From Pelosinus sp. (GTDB taxonomy: Bacteria; Bacillota; Negativicutes; DSM-13327): 24,000 nt of DNA. The stretch lies in assembly GCA_029239675.1 (NCBI GenBank), contig JARBUM010000018.1:15544-39543 (forward strand). The letters run 5' to 3'. The position numbers and the translations under genes are program-made. The notes under the pieces are model-generated. The model did not search any database. It was not told the DNA's origin and was given only the letters and a program-made list of their open reading frames with translations. Positions 17,021 through 24,000 of the stretch are shown here, piece after piece; within the stretch, counting starts at the first letter, position 1, and each line of letters begins with the position of its first letter.

Positions 17021-17048
17021 TAGATATGGAGCAAAAAGAAAATTATGA
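17021..17048 (-). promoter_or_regulatory. Sigma-E-like promoter of the spoIIIA operon
   Basis: The minus strand reads TCATAAT, then 13 nt, then CATATCTA. The -35 fits my recollection of the mother-cell sigma-E consensus ([T/G][A/C]ATA[A/T][A/T]) at 7 of 7 positions. The -10 keeps only the CATA core of CATACA-T. It lies immediately after two terminators and about 25 nt upstream of the spoIIIAA start. Confidence 0.4.
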
Positions 17049-17050
17049 CA

Positions 17051-17084
17051 AAATAAAAAAAATCTCGGATATCCGAGATTTTTT
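17051..17084 (-). terminator. Rho-independent (bidirectional) terminator between the zinc-ribbon gene and spoIIIA
   Basis: Stem aatctcgg (17061-17068) pairs with ccgagatt (17073-17080). The stem is flanked by an A-run on one side and a T-run on the other. On the minus strand it is followed by UUUUUUAUUUU. Confidence 0.7.
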
Positions 17085-17107
17085 AAGATTAAATCAATAT
17101 ACGTTTA

Positions 17108-17139
17108 ATTTAAAAGCAAGAAGGTCTGCACCTTCTTGC
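17108..17139 (-). terminator. Rho-independent terminator of the zinc-ribbon gene
   Basis: 10-bp perfect stem, gcaagaaggt (17116-17125) pairing with accttcttgc (17130-17139), with loop ctgc. On the minus strand it is followed by UUUUAAAUU. It lies 35 nt after the stop at 17174. Confidence 0.65.
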
Positions 17140-17173
17140 GCTATAGCTGAATAGTGTGTGTTAATTTTTTAAA

Positions 17174-17614
17174 TTAAATGCCTGGATGAATACCATATCT
17201 AAAATCAGAATTTATTTGCCCATTATTTACATCGTCGGCTACAATCTCCAAGGCACTGTCATATACAATGTCGCCACAATGAGGACATGAAACCTCTAGA
17301 TCATCATCATCTTCTAGTAAACTAGATTCAAAACTAACTGTTTCATGGCAAGAAGGACACTGTACTTCAACGAATTCCTCACTATCCATATCTTCATATA
17401 CTTCCTCTTCTAGGTCTGTCAAATCTTCATCCATGCTTTCTACATAGGTTTCTAAATCCTCTTGTACCATCTGAATATTATTAAATTCTTCTGCCATATC
17501 ATCAAGTACATCTATAATATTTATTAACAACTTACCTTCAGCTGAATGATCGCTAACATTTAGCCCTTGTGTTAGCCCTTGTAAATAAGCCACTCGTTCT
17601 TTAATATTTCCCAT
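17174..17614 (-). CDS. Uncharacterised acidic zinc-ribbon protein (146 aa)
   Basis: Helical N-terminal region (MGNIKERVAYLQGLTQGLNV...IIDVLDDMAEEF), a very D/E-rich linker, then CPSC-x24-CPHC (two CxxC pairs). AAGGGGG SD. I recall similar proteins being labelled 'CD1247 N-terminal domain-containing protein', but I cannot verify that here. Confidence 0.7.
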   Translation of the reverse strand: MGNIKERVAYLQGLTQGLNVSDHSAEGKLLINIIDVLDDMAEEFNNIQMVQEDLETYVESMDEDLTDLEEEVYEDMDSEEFVEVQCPSCHETVSFESSLLEDDDDLEVSCPHCGDIVYDSALEIVADDVNNGQINSDFRYGIHPGI

Positions 17615-17761
17615 ATATACAAAACCCCCTTTAAAGTATAGTTACTACGATATTGTCATTATGCCCATTTTCCGGACAGTTCATTCTTGATGTTTTTTTA
17701 CTGTCACTATTATTTATTTTGACTATTTACCTATTTTTTATACACGATAAAAGAAAGCCAT

Positions 17762-17803
17762 AAAAAAACTGTATTCTTACAAAGTAAGAATACAGTTTTT
17801 TTT
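17762..17803 (-). terminator. Rho-independent (bidirectional) terminator after efp
   Basis: 13-bp perfect stem, actgtattcttac (17768-17780) pairing with gtaagaatacagt (17784-17796), with loop aaa. It is flanked by a 7-A run and an 8-T run. Confidence 0.8.
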
Positions 17804-17883
17804 ATTATACGGCATCAGAAAATATAACACTTTCTAATTTCGAGTAAGTAAGACTAAGACTTCTGCATAAGCCAAGTCTTTTC

Positions 17884-18441
17884 TTATGCTCTTTCTAGAT
17901 ACTCTCCTGTGCGAGTGTCTACTCTTAAGACATCTCCAATATTAATAAATAAAGGCACACGTACTACACAACCAGACTCCATTTTTGCAGGCTTAGTACC
18001 ACCAGTAGCTGTATCTCCACGGATACCAGGATCCGTCTCAACAACTATAAGTTCAACAGCAACAGGTAATTCAACGCCAATAACATTTCCTTGAAAGAAC
18101 ATAATGCTAATATTCATATTTTCTTTAAGATACTTTACAGCATCGCCTAATTGCACACTTGTTAATTCACTCTGTTCATAAGTTTCATTATCCATAAAGT
18201 TATAACTTCCATCGCTCTCATACAAAAATTGCATTTCACGACGATCAACATGGGCCTTAGGAAATTTTTCCCCTGGATTAAATGTACGTTCAACTACTGC
18301 ACCAGTACGAACATTCTTCATTTTGGTACGCACGAAAGCTGCACCTTTACCTGGTTTTACATGCTGGAAATCCACTATTTGCCAAACATTATTGTCAATT
18401 TCAATTGTTGCTCCTGTGCGAAAATCACTACTTGATATCAT
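17884..18441 (-). CDS. efp: Translation elongation factor P
   Basis: [43 protein letters not shown] contains the KPGKG modification loop. Length is 185 aa. GGAGG SD. Confidence 0.96.
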   Translation of the reverse strand: MISSSDFRTGATIEIDNNVWQIVDFQHVKPGKGAAFVRTKMKNVRTGAVVERTFNPGEKFPKAHVDRREMQFLYESDGSYNFMDNETYEQSELTSVQLGDAVKYLKENMNISIMFFQGNVIGVELPVAVELIVVETDPGIRGDTATGGTKPAKMESGCVVRVPLFINIGDVLRVDTRTGEYLERA

Positions 18442-18479
18442 TTTACTACCTCCAGAATCCTATTTAATAAAAGTAATTA

Positions 18480-19547
18480 TTAGTATAATTCTATTAACTG
18501 CTTACTACTAGCAGTTAATATTAGGCACCCTTCATCATTAACTAAAACAGTGTCTTCAATGCGCACTCCACCCCAGTCAGGCAGATAAATACCTGGTTCA
18601 ACTGTTACTACCATATTTTTCTTTAAAACAGTATGTATATTAGCAGGTGAAAGTCTCGGTTCTTCATGGATATTAAGACCTAGCCCATGTCCCAATCCGT
18701 GTCCGAAAAATTCACCAAAACCAGCATCGACAATTACATTCCTGGATATCGCATCAACTTCTTTACCCACCTTCCCAGGGGCAACGGCCTGCACTCCAGC
18801 TAATTGAGCAGCTAAAACAATTTTGTAAATATCCTGTTGTTTTTCCGTGGCTTTTCCCATACAAATAGTGCGAGTAATATCAGAATGGTATCCCTTATAT
18901 ACTGCACCAAAATCCATTGTTACAAAATCACCAATTTCAATTAGTTTCTCAGAAGCTCTCCCATGAGGTAATGCGCCACGTTTACCAGAAGCCATTATGG
19001 TATCAAATGCCGGCTTCTCTGCTCCAAGCTTACGCATGTAATATTCTAATTCCAATGCGACTTCTTGCTCACTCATGCCTGGCCTTATAAAGGATAATAT
19101 TTGAGAGAAGGCATTATCGGCAATTTCCACAGCCCTTTTTATGGATACAATTTCAGTCTCGTCTTTCATCATACGTAAAGCATCAAGCTGAACAGGAACT
19201 AAATTTACAGATTGTAAGTCATTGGATAGCTCTTGATATCCATCAAAGGTAAGAAAATCACCTTCAAAACCAACTTGAACTACCCCAAGTTCTTTAATAA
19301 TATCTGCCAGCATTTTGCCGATGCTATTACTATAACGCAATATTTCATATTGCGTAGCTTGAGCAGTAGCTTGTTCAATATAGCGAAAATCAGTTAATAA
19401 CTTATTAGAATGATTAGAGATTAGCAGCATACCAGCTGAACCACTAAAACCGCTAAAGTATCTTCTATTCTCTGGTTTGCTAATGAGCATGCAATGTAAA
19501 TTATGTTCATTCATAAATTTACGAAGTTTAATTAATCTTTTTTCCAT
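18480..19547 (-). CDS. M24 family Xaa-Pro aminopeptidase/dipeptidase
   Basis: Creatinase-like N-terminal domain and a pita-bread C-terminal domain with HGLGHGLGLNIHEEP and VEPGIY...RIED metal-ligand blocks. The position after aroQ and before efp matches B. subtilis yqhT. Confidence 0.9.
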   Translation of the reverse strand: MEKRLIKLRKFMNEHNLHCMLISKPENRRYFSGFSGSAGMLLISNHSNKLLTDFRYIEQATAQATQYEILRYSNSIGKMLADIIKELGVVQVGFEGDFLTFDGYQELSNDLQSVNLVPVQLDALRMMKDETEIVSIKRAVEIADNAFSQILSFIRPGMSEQEVALELEYYMRKLGAEKPAFDTIMASGKRGALPHGRASEKLIEIGDFVTMDFGAVYKGYHSDITRTICMGKATEKQQDIYKIVLAAQLAGVQAVAPGKVGKEVDAISRNVIVDAGFGEFFGHGLGHGLGLNIHEEPRLSPANIHTVLKKNMVVTVEPGIYLPDWGGVRIEDTVLVNDEGCLILTASSKQLIELY

Positions 19548-19548
19548 A

Positions 19549-20004
19549 TCAACTCTCGTTGCTAATTATATCAGCAACTGCCTCCAATGCTAAAAGATAA
19601 CTACTTCCTCCAAAACCACTAATTTGGCCATAGACCACTGATGAAATAATGGAATGATGGCGAAAGGATTCACGTTTATAAATATTTGATAAGTGTACTT
19701 CAATAGCAGGAACAGTTATTGCGGCTATTGCATCACGTATGGCAATACTATAGTGAGTAAAAGCTGCAGCATTAATGATAATGCCTTTATATTGTCCTTC
19801 TGCTTCTTGAAGAGCATCAACGATACTACCTTCATGGTTGGACTGAATGAAATCCACAATGATACCTAGTTTATTAGCTTTATCCAATATATTAGCATTA
19901 ATTTCATCAAGTGTAAGCTTGCCATAAATATTAGGCTCACGTTTTCCTAATAAATTTAGGTTAGGTCCGTGAATAACCAAAACACAAGGCTTTTTTATTG
20001 TCAC
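19549..20004 (-). CDS. aroQ: Type II 3-dehydroquinate dehydratase
   Basis: VLVIHGPNLNLLGKREPNIYG, QSNHEGSIVD and THYSIAIRDA are canonical type II DHQase blocks. GTG start. The stop lies 1 nt before the peptidase start. Confidence 0.93.
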   Translation of the reverse strand: MTIKKPCVLVIHGPNLNLLGKREPNIYGKLTLDEINANILDKANKLGIIVDFIQSNHEGSIVDALQEAEGQYKGIIINAAAFTHYSIAIRDAIAAITVPAIEVHLSNIYKRESFRHHSIISSVVYGQISGFGGSSYLLALEAVADIISNES

Positions 20005-20098
20005 TATATCACAGCCTTAGCATAAAAATTCATTATCTTTTACATTTTATCATAATTTTAATTTATTGCCTAGTTATTTGTAAGTATTTAGCTTAGTT

Positions 20099-21757
20099 TC
20101 AATGCTTTGTTATTTCTTCTATAATTTCACTAAAAATCGGTGCAGCTATATCACCTCCAGACATACCTTCTTCAACAAAAATAACTACAGCATATTGAGG
20201 ACTCTTTACTGGTGCATAACCAGCAAACCAGGCATGATTAATGCTTTGCCCATCTGCGTTAGTTCGTCCGGTTTCTGCGGAACCAGTTTTACCTGCTGAT
20301 CCTATTCCTTCAACATAAGCTGCCTGACCTGTACCATAGCGAGTAACGGCTGCCATCATATCTTGTATTTGTTTTGCAGTATTTTGGGTTAATACACGAA
20401 CACCAGGAGACGCATAATAATTTTTCACAACTACACCATCAGCATTAGTCAATTTACTAACTACATATGGGTTTACTTTTATGCCATCATTAGCAATTGT
20501 AGACACAAGAGAAACAATTTGTAAGGGGGTTGCTTCTAATGTTCCTTGCCCTATAGTTAAATTAGCAAGCTCACCTGAATAAAGATTTTCGGGTGGCGGT
20601 AAATAGCCCTCCGCCTCCCCTGTAAAATCTAAGTTTGTCTTATGTCCAAAACCTAGCTTTCGCGCATAAGCGATTAAAGTCTCAGCTCCCAGTTTTAAAC
20701 CAACTTCAATAAAAACTGGATTACTAGAATATGCTAATGCATCTGAAAAAGTGAGTTGCCCTCGCCCTCCCTTATTATAATCCCATCCATTAAAGCGCAA
20801 ATGATCTACTTCAATATATCCATAATCAAAAAAGCTATCCTCTGGATGTACAATTCCAGTTTCCAAGGCTGCCGCAGCTGTTACTAGTTTAAATACAGAT
20901 CCAGGCTGATAAGATGATATTGCTCTATTTAACAGGGGCGCACTGTTTTGGTTTAAATAATCTTCTAAATGGTTAGCATTAAAATTAGGCCTTGATGCCA
21001 TAGCCAAGATTTCTCCTGTAGTAGGCTTCATCACTACTACCGCACCTTTAATTTCATGCTTATCTAGTATATTCTCCACACTTTTTTGTATCTGTTTATC
21101 TATGGTTAACACTATATTGCTGGGCCCGGAATGATCTGATAACCGTAGTCGTTTATACCCTAATCCTGGAATAATCTGTTGTCCAGCATCTACCAATGCG
21201 ACTGCATATTCAGGCTGGCTTCCTCGCAAAACATCATCATACATACTTTCAATACCGCTAACACCTTGATTATCTGCAAGATTAATATAGCCTGTAATAT
21301 GTGCAGCCAAAGGAAGATATCCATAGCGGACTTTCTCTGCTATTACTACGATCCCTGGGATACGAGCCTTATTAATTTTTTCACCCATAGCAGCATTAAT
21401 CTTGCTATTTATCTTGAAAGGATGGCGATTAGCAGTAATTTGTAATATGAAACTTTTCTCTGAAAGCCCCGTTAATTTTGCTAATTGTTCCGCTGCAATT
21501 TCTATGTTCTGAACTTGTCCTGGAAAAACAGCAATTTTATAATGTTGTGCTGTATTTGTCAGCGCTAATCCATTGCGATCAACAATTTCTCCTCTAGCCA
21601 CCTCGAGGGGTATCTCTTGAATACGCATGCTCAAACTTTGGCTTGCTAATTCATTACTCTCAACAACTTGTAAATAAAACAATCGCATAAGTAATAAAAT
21701 ACCACAGAAAATGAAAAAGAGTAATAACTTATAGATGCGAGAAATTTGCAATGCCAT
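20099..21757 (-). CDS. Class B penicillin-binding protein (PBP2/FtsI/SpoVD-type transpeptidase)
   Basis: N-terminal TM anchor, PBP dimerisation domain, and transpeptidase motifs SVFK, SSN and KTGS. No C-terminal PASTA domain is evident. ATG at 21757 is preceded by GAGGTG 5 nt upstream. The maximal ORF ATG at 21784 has no SD. Confidence 0.9.
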   Translation of the reverse strand: MALQISRIYKLLLFFIFCGILLLMRLFYLQVVESNELASQSLSMRIQEIPLEVARGEIVDRNGLALTNTAQHYKIAVFPGQVQNIEIAAEQLAKLTGLSEKSFILQITANRHPFKINSKINAAMGEKINKARIPGIVVIAEKVRYGYLPLAAHITGYINLADNQGVSGIESMYDDVLRGSQPEYAVALVDAGQQIIPGLGYKRLRLSDHSGPSNIVLTIDKQIQKSVENILDKHEIKGAVVVMKPTTGEILAMASRPNFNANHLEDYLNQNSAPLLNRAISSYQPGSVFKLVTAAAALETGIVHPEDSFFDYGYIEVDHLRFNGWDYNKGGRGQLTFSDALAYSSNPVFIEVGLKLGAETLIAYARKLGFGHKTNLDFTGEAEGYLPPPENLYSGELANLTIGQGTLEATPLQIVSLVSTIANDGIKVNPYVVSKLTNADGVVVKNYYASPGVRVLTQNTAKQIQDMMAAVTRYGTGQAAYVEGIGSAGKTGSAETGRTNADGQSINHAWFAGYAPVKSPQYAVVIFVEEGMSGGDIAAPIFSEIIEEITKH

Positions 21758-21786
21758 ACTATCACCTCTATGATAGTATGGCATTG
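21749..21786 (-). promoter_or_regulatory. Perfect 16-bp inverted repeat (6-nt spacer) covering the PBP gene SD and start codon
   Basis: caatgccatactatca (21749-21764), spacer cctcta, then tgatagtatggcattg (21771-21786). The arms are exact reverse complements. On the mRNA the SD lies partly in the loop and ATG 21757 lies within the 3' arm. Confidence 0.6.
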
Positions 21787-21821
21787 TCTGGTAAAATTAT
21801 TAACTTTATATATTGAATAAA

Positions 21822-22037
21822 TTATCCAATAGTATCATGTACATAATCAAATTCTATTGGTAGATGCGCTAGGATATCTTGTACTTCTCTATAAGTATCT
21901 GGTGTAACACGAATACGCAATACCCCTATAGTGTCCTTTACGGTCGTCACCACACCAAAATACTCATATCCTTCCATAATTCGATTTAGATAATTGATAT
22001 GTTTTACATCAAGACGGATCAAAATGTCTTCACTCAT
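21822..22037 (-). CDS. DUF4911 domain-containing protein (71 aa)
   Basis: The pattern LIRLDVKHINYLNRIMEGYEYFGVVTTVKD...LRIRVTPDTYREVQDIL matches my recollection of DUF4911. The start overlaps the U32 gene stop by 8 nt, consistent with translational coupling. Confidence 0.75.
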   Translation of the reverse strand: MSEDILIRLDVKHINYLNRIMEGYEYFGVVTTVKDTIGVLRIRVTPDTYREVQDILAHLPIEFDYVHDTIG

Positions 22038-23259
22038 TTATTATTACCTCTCTACGTAACATAGCAAACTCTACTACATCTTGTTTCATTGGCATGCTAA
22101 AAATTTGCTGAGCATGAGGGGCGGAGCTTATAGGATTTCCTTCCATATCAAACATTTCAGAAATCTTTTGCGTAAAATTTGGTTTTCCCGGTTGCATAAT
22201 TTCTATTTCCTGTCCAATTTTTATATTATTACGCTGCTCAATGATAGCCATTCTTGTTATAGGATCGTAGCTTTTAACTAGGCCAATAAAATCAAAAGTC
22301 TGCTCATAAGAAGATGATCCATAAATTTGATCATCTTCCGTTGTTTTATTAAAATAAAATCCACTTGTATAGGTTCGATGAGAGATTTTTTGCAATTCGT
22401 CTAACCACTCTGCCTTAACAATATAGTTGTCAGGATTAGCTACATATGCATCAATTGCCTCTCGATATACCTTAATAACAGTGGCTGCGTAATGTACACT
22501 TTTCATACGACCTTCAACTTTAAAACTATCTAAACCGCTATTAATTAGTTCGGGAATATGTGGCAATAAACATAAGTCTTTCGAGTTAAAGATGTATGTC
22601 CCGCGTTCATCTTCCATCACTGGATAATATTCTCCCGGGCGTTTTTCTTCCACTAAATTAAATTTCCAACGACATGGTTGGGCACATTGACCTCTATTCG
22701 CATCACGATCTGTAAAATAATTACTCATCAAACAGCGTCCAGAATAAGAAATACACATAGCCCCGTGAACAAAAGCTTCTAGCTCAATATTAACTTTATC
22801 ACGGATGACGTTAATATCTGCTAATGATAATTCTCTTGCCAATACTACTCTATTAGCACCTAATTCCTGCCAGAAAAGCACGGATGACCAATTGGTATTA
22901 TTTGCTTGAGTGCTGATATGTATAGGCAAATTAGGTGCGACTTCTCGAATAATACGATAGACACCTAAATCTGCGATAATAACTGCATCGACATGGCATT
23001 CAGACAAAAATTTAATATAATCTGGTAATGCTGGCAAATCCTCATTATGGGGAAATATATTTACGGTTACATATGCTTTTTTTTGCAAACTATGAGCAAA
23101 TTCAATTCCCTCTTTAAGCTCGTCTTCCGTAAAATTACCGCCAAAGGCGCGTAATCCAAAAGATTTTCCCGCCAAAAATACTGCATCTGCACCATATAAT
23201 AGAGCCATCTTGAGTTTTTCAAGATTACCTGCTGGTGCTAAAAGTTCAGGCTTTTTCAC
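22030..23259 (-). CDS. Peptidase U32 family protein (YrrO/TrhP-like; candidate tRNA ho5U synthesis protein)
   Basis: EAFVHGAMCISYSGRCLMS is an exact fit to the U32 signature E-x-F-x2-G-[SA]-[LIVM]-C-x4-G-x-C-x-[LIVM]-S. N-terminus is KKPELLAPAGNLEKLK. The GTG start overlaps the upstream methyltransferase stop as GTGA. Confidence 0.9.
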   Translation of the reverse strand: MKKPELLAPAGNLEKLKMALLYGADAVFLAGKSFGLRAFGGNFTEDELKEGIEFAHSLQKKAYVTVNIFPHNEDLPALPDYIKFLSECHVDAVIIADLGVYRIIREVAPNLPIHISTQANNTNWSSVLFWQELGANRVVLARELSLADINVIRDKVNIELEAFVHGAMCISYSGRCLMSNYFTDRDANRGQCAQPCRWKFNLVEEKRPGEYYPVMEDERGTYIFNSKDLCLLPHIPELINSGLDSFKVEGRMKSVHYAATVIKVYREAIDAYVANPDNYIVKAEWLDELQKISHRTYTSGFYFNKTTEDDQIYGSSSYEQTFDFIGLVKSYDPITRMAIIEQRNNIKIGQEIEIMQPGKPNFTQKISEMFDMEGNPISSAPHAQQIFSMPMKQDVVEFAMLRREVIINE

Positions 23260-23855
23260 TTTATATTCGCTCCTTGATAATAAGAAATTGCTACACCGTC
23301 GCCATCATGATAAATTGTAGTAGAAAATCTAGGATCTGTTTTAACAAATTCTAAATATTCTTTCAACCGCTTGACAATCGTTTTATAACGTCGTAAAGGA
23401 GGCTCTTCACTCATAACCATACCTCGAAACAATACATTGTCGGCTATAACAACAGCACCAATCGATAATTTATCTATGATTTTACTTAAATAATCAAGAT
23501 ATTGAGCTTTAGCTGCATCAATAAATACCATATCAAATGTACCTTCAAGCTGTAATAAGATATTGCTAGCATCCCCATCTAAAAGTTGAATTTGTTCAGT
23601 CCTACCGGCTCTGGCAATATAATCATAGGCAATATCAATACGAGTAGCATCCTGTTCAATTGTAATAATTTTGCTGTCCTTAGGCATATAATGAGCCATA
23701 AGCAAAGCCGAATAACCAATTGCCGTACCTATTTCTAGAATGGACTTCGGCTGTTTCGTCTTAACCGCCTCAATTAATAGACTACCACTTATCTTATTAA
23801 TAATCGGCACATTGTACTCAGTAGCATATTCTTCTATTTCTTTAAATAAATCCAA
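23256..23855 (-). CDS. trmR: Class I SAM-dependent O-methyltransferase, family 3 (YrrM/TrmR-like)
   Basis: SAM-binding ILEIGTAIGYSALLMA and FIDAAK blocks of the caffeoyl-CoA OMT-like family. The TTG start is preceded by AGGGGTGA. The context mltG, then OMT, then U32 matches B. subtilis yrrL-yrrM-yrrN/O. The gene symbol rests on synteny. Confidence 0.8.
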   Translation of the reverse strand: MDLFKEIEEYATEYNVPIINKISGSLLIEAVKTKQPKSILEIGTAIGYSALLMAHYMPKDSKIITIEQDATRIDIAYDYIARAGRTEQIQLLDGDASNILLQLEGTFDMVFIDAAKAQYLDYLSKIIDKLSIGAVVIADNVLFRGMVMSEEPPLRRYKTIVKRLKEYLEFVKTDPRFSTTIYHDGDGVAISYYQGANIK

Positions 23856-23868
23856 TATTTCACCCCTA

Positions 23869-24000
23869 TTATTTACGCACCTTTTCTATTGCGGCAAGAT
23901 GTTCTTCATATGTTTTACTAAAATGATGTGCACCTTGTTGATCAGCCACAAAATACACAAAATCTGTTTGCTTCGGATATAAAACAGCATTAATTGCTGC
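23869..24000 (-). CDS. mltG: Endolytic murein transglycosylase MltG (YceG-like), C-terminal 43 codons; 5' part lies outside the window
   Basis: My translation of the minus strand is AAINAVLYPKQTDFVYFVADQQGAHHFSKTYEEHLAAIEKVRK, then stop. The YFVA...G.H.FS.TY.EH pattern is the conserved YceG C-terminus. The stop TAA is at 23869-23871. Confidence 0.75.
   Translation of the reverse strand, partial: AAINAVLYPKQTDFVYFVADQQGAHHFSKTYEEHLAAIEKVRK

Noticed and set aside
17856-17880. 7-bp inverted repeat, aagactt ... aagtctt, immediately after the efp stop.
   Set aside because: The stem is short and AT-rich with an 11-nt loop. A much stronger canonical terminator lies 60 nt further downstream. It is most simply explained as chance.
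21783-21790. CAGACAAT on the minus strand, a 7 of 8 match to the sigma-E -10 consensus CATACA-T, overlaps the 5' arm of the PBP palindrome. It would imply a sporulation promoter whose transcript starts inside the hairpin arm.
   Set aside because: No acceptable -35 element lies at the required spacing. The nearest ATA-containing heptamer, CAATATA, is 18 nt away and has the wrong first base. The idea is attractive, but a -10-like octamer alone is not sufficient support.
288-23982. All plus-strand ORFs in the supplied track. Examples are 288-545, 1214-1537, 3589-3855, 6403-6642, 8829-9011, 10125-10319, 13423-13989 (188 aa), 14686-14892, 16291-16536, 18229-18511, 20102-20299, 21179-21445, 22081-22281 and 23740-23982.
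   Set aside because: Each lies antisense inside a minus-strand gene that has strong family-level support. None has a recognisable SD or domain motif. Their translations are low-complexity, Ser/Thr/Ile/Asn-rich strings of the kind expected from the reverse frame of AT-rich coding DNA. The 188-aa ORF simply mirrors the hydrophobic spoIIIAF/AE region.
1-24000. I looked for a defence or accessory system: CRISPR repeats, restriction-modification, toxin-antitoxin pairs, Abi/CBASS/retron-like genes, and transposase, integrase or phage genes. I also looked for tRNA and rRNA genes, riboswitch-sized leaders, and long direct or tandem repeats.
   Set aside because: Every ORF longer than 60 aa on the coding strand is accounted for by a housekeeping or sporulation family. 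The intergenic gaps are short: the largest are 456, 269 and 176 bp. They are explained by promoters, terminators and one small ORF. I saw no repeat arrays or tRNA-like cloverleaf candidates by eye. I cannot exclude short ncRNAs without covariance-model searches (Rfam/Infernal).

Overview
All 34 coding regions I can support lie on the minus strand, so the window reads as one co-oriented stretch of core chromosome. The source appears to be a visibly AT-rich, endospore-forming member of the Bacillota; I cannot assign a genus. In direction of transcription (high to low coordinates) the genes are: mltG (3' end only), a trmR-like O-methyltransferase, a U32 peptidase-family protein, DUF4911, a class B penicillin-binding protein, aroQ, an M24 Xaa-Pro peptidase, efp, an orphan acidic zinc-ribbon gene, the complete spoIIIAA-AH sporulation operon, asp23, amaP, DUF2273, nusB, an untracked 45-aa membrane peptide, xseA, xseB, ispA, a YuiD-like divergent PAP2 protein, dxs, tlyA, nadK, a YtqB/MnmM-type methyltransferase, argR and recN. 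From memory, this order matches the Bacillus subtilis efp...spoIIIA...nusB...xseAB-ispA-dxs...ahrC-recN region, with some insertions and losses. I found no rRNA, tRNA, CRISPR array, transposase, integrase, phage gene, toxin-antitoxin pair or defence-like cluster. I did not find a convincing novel multi-gene system. The points worth a second look are small. (1) A perfect 16-bp inverted repeat encloses the Shine-Dalgarno and start codon of the PBP gene. (2) An unannotated small membrane ORF with its own SD, palindrome and terminator sits where folD sits in B. subtilis. (3) A monocistronic acidic zinc-ribbon gene, insulated by terminators, lies just upstream of spoIIIA. (4) A DUF212/YuiD-like PAP2 gene is tightly coupled to ispA, next to dxs. 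(5) trmR, a single U32 gene and DUF4911 form a module. Several maximal ORFs in the supplied track look 5'-extended, so I give starts refined by SD position where the sequence supports it.
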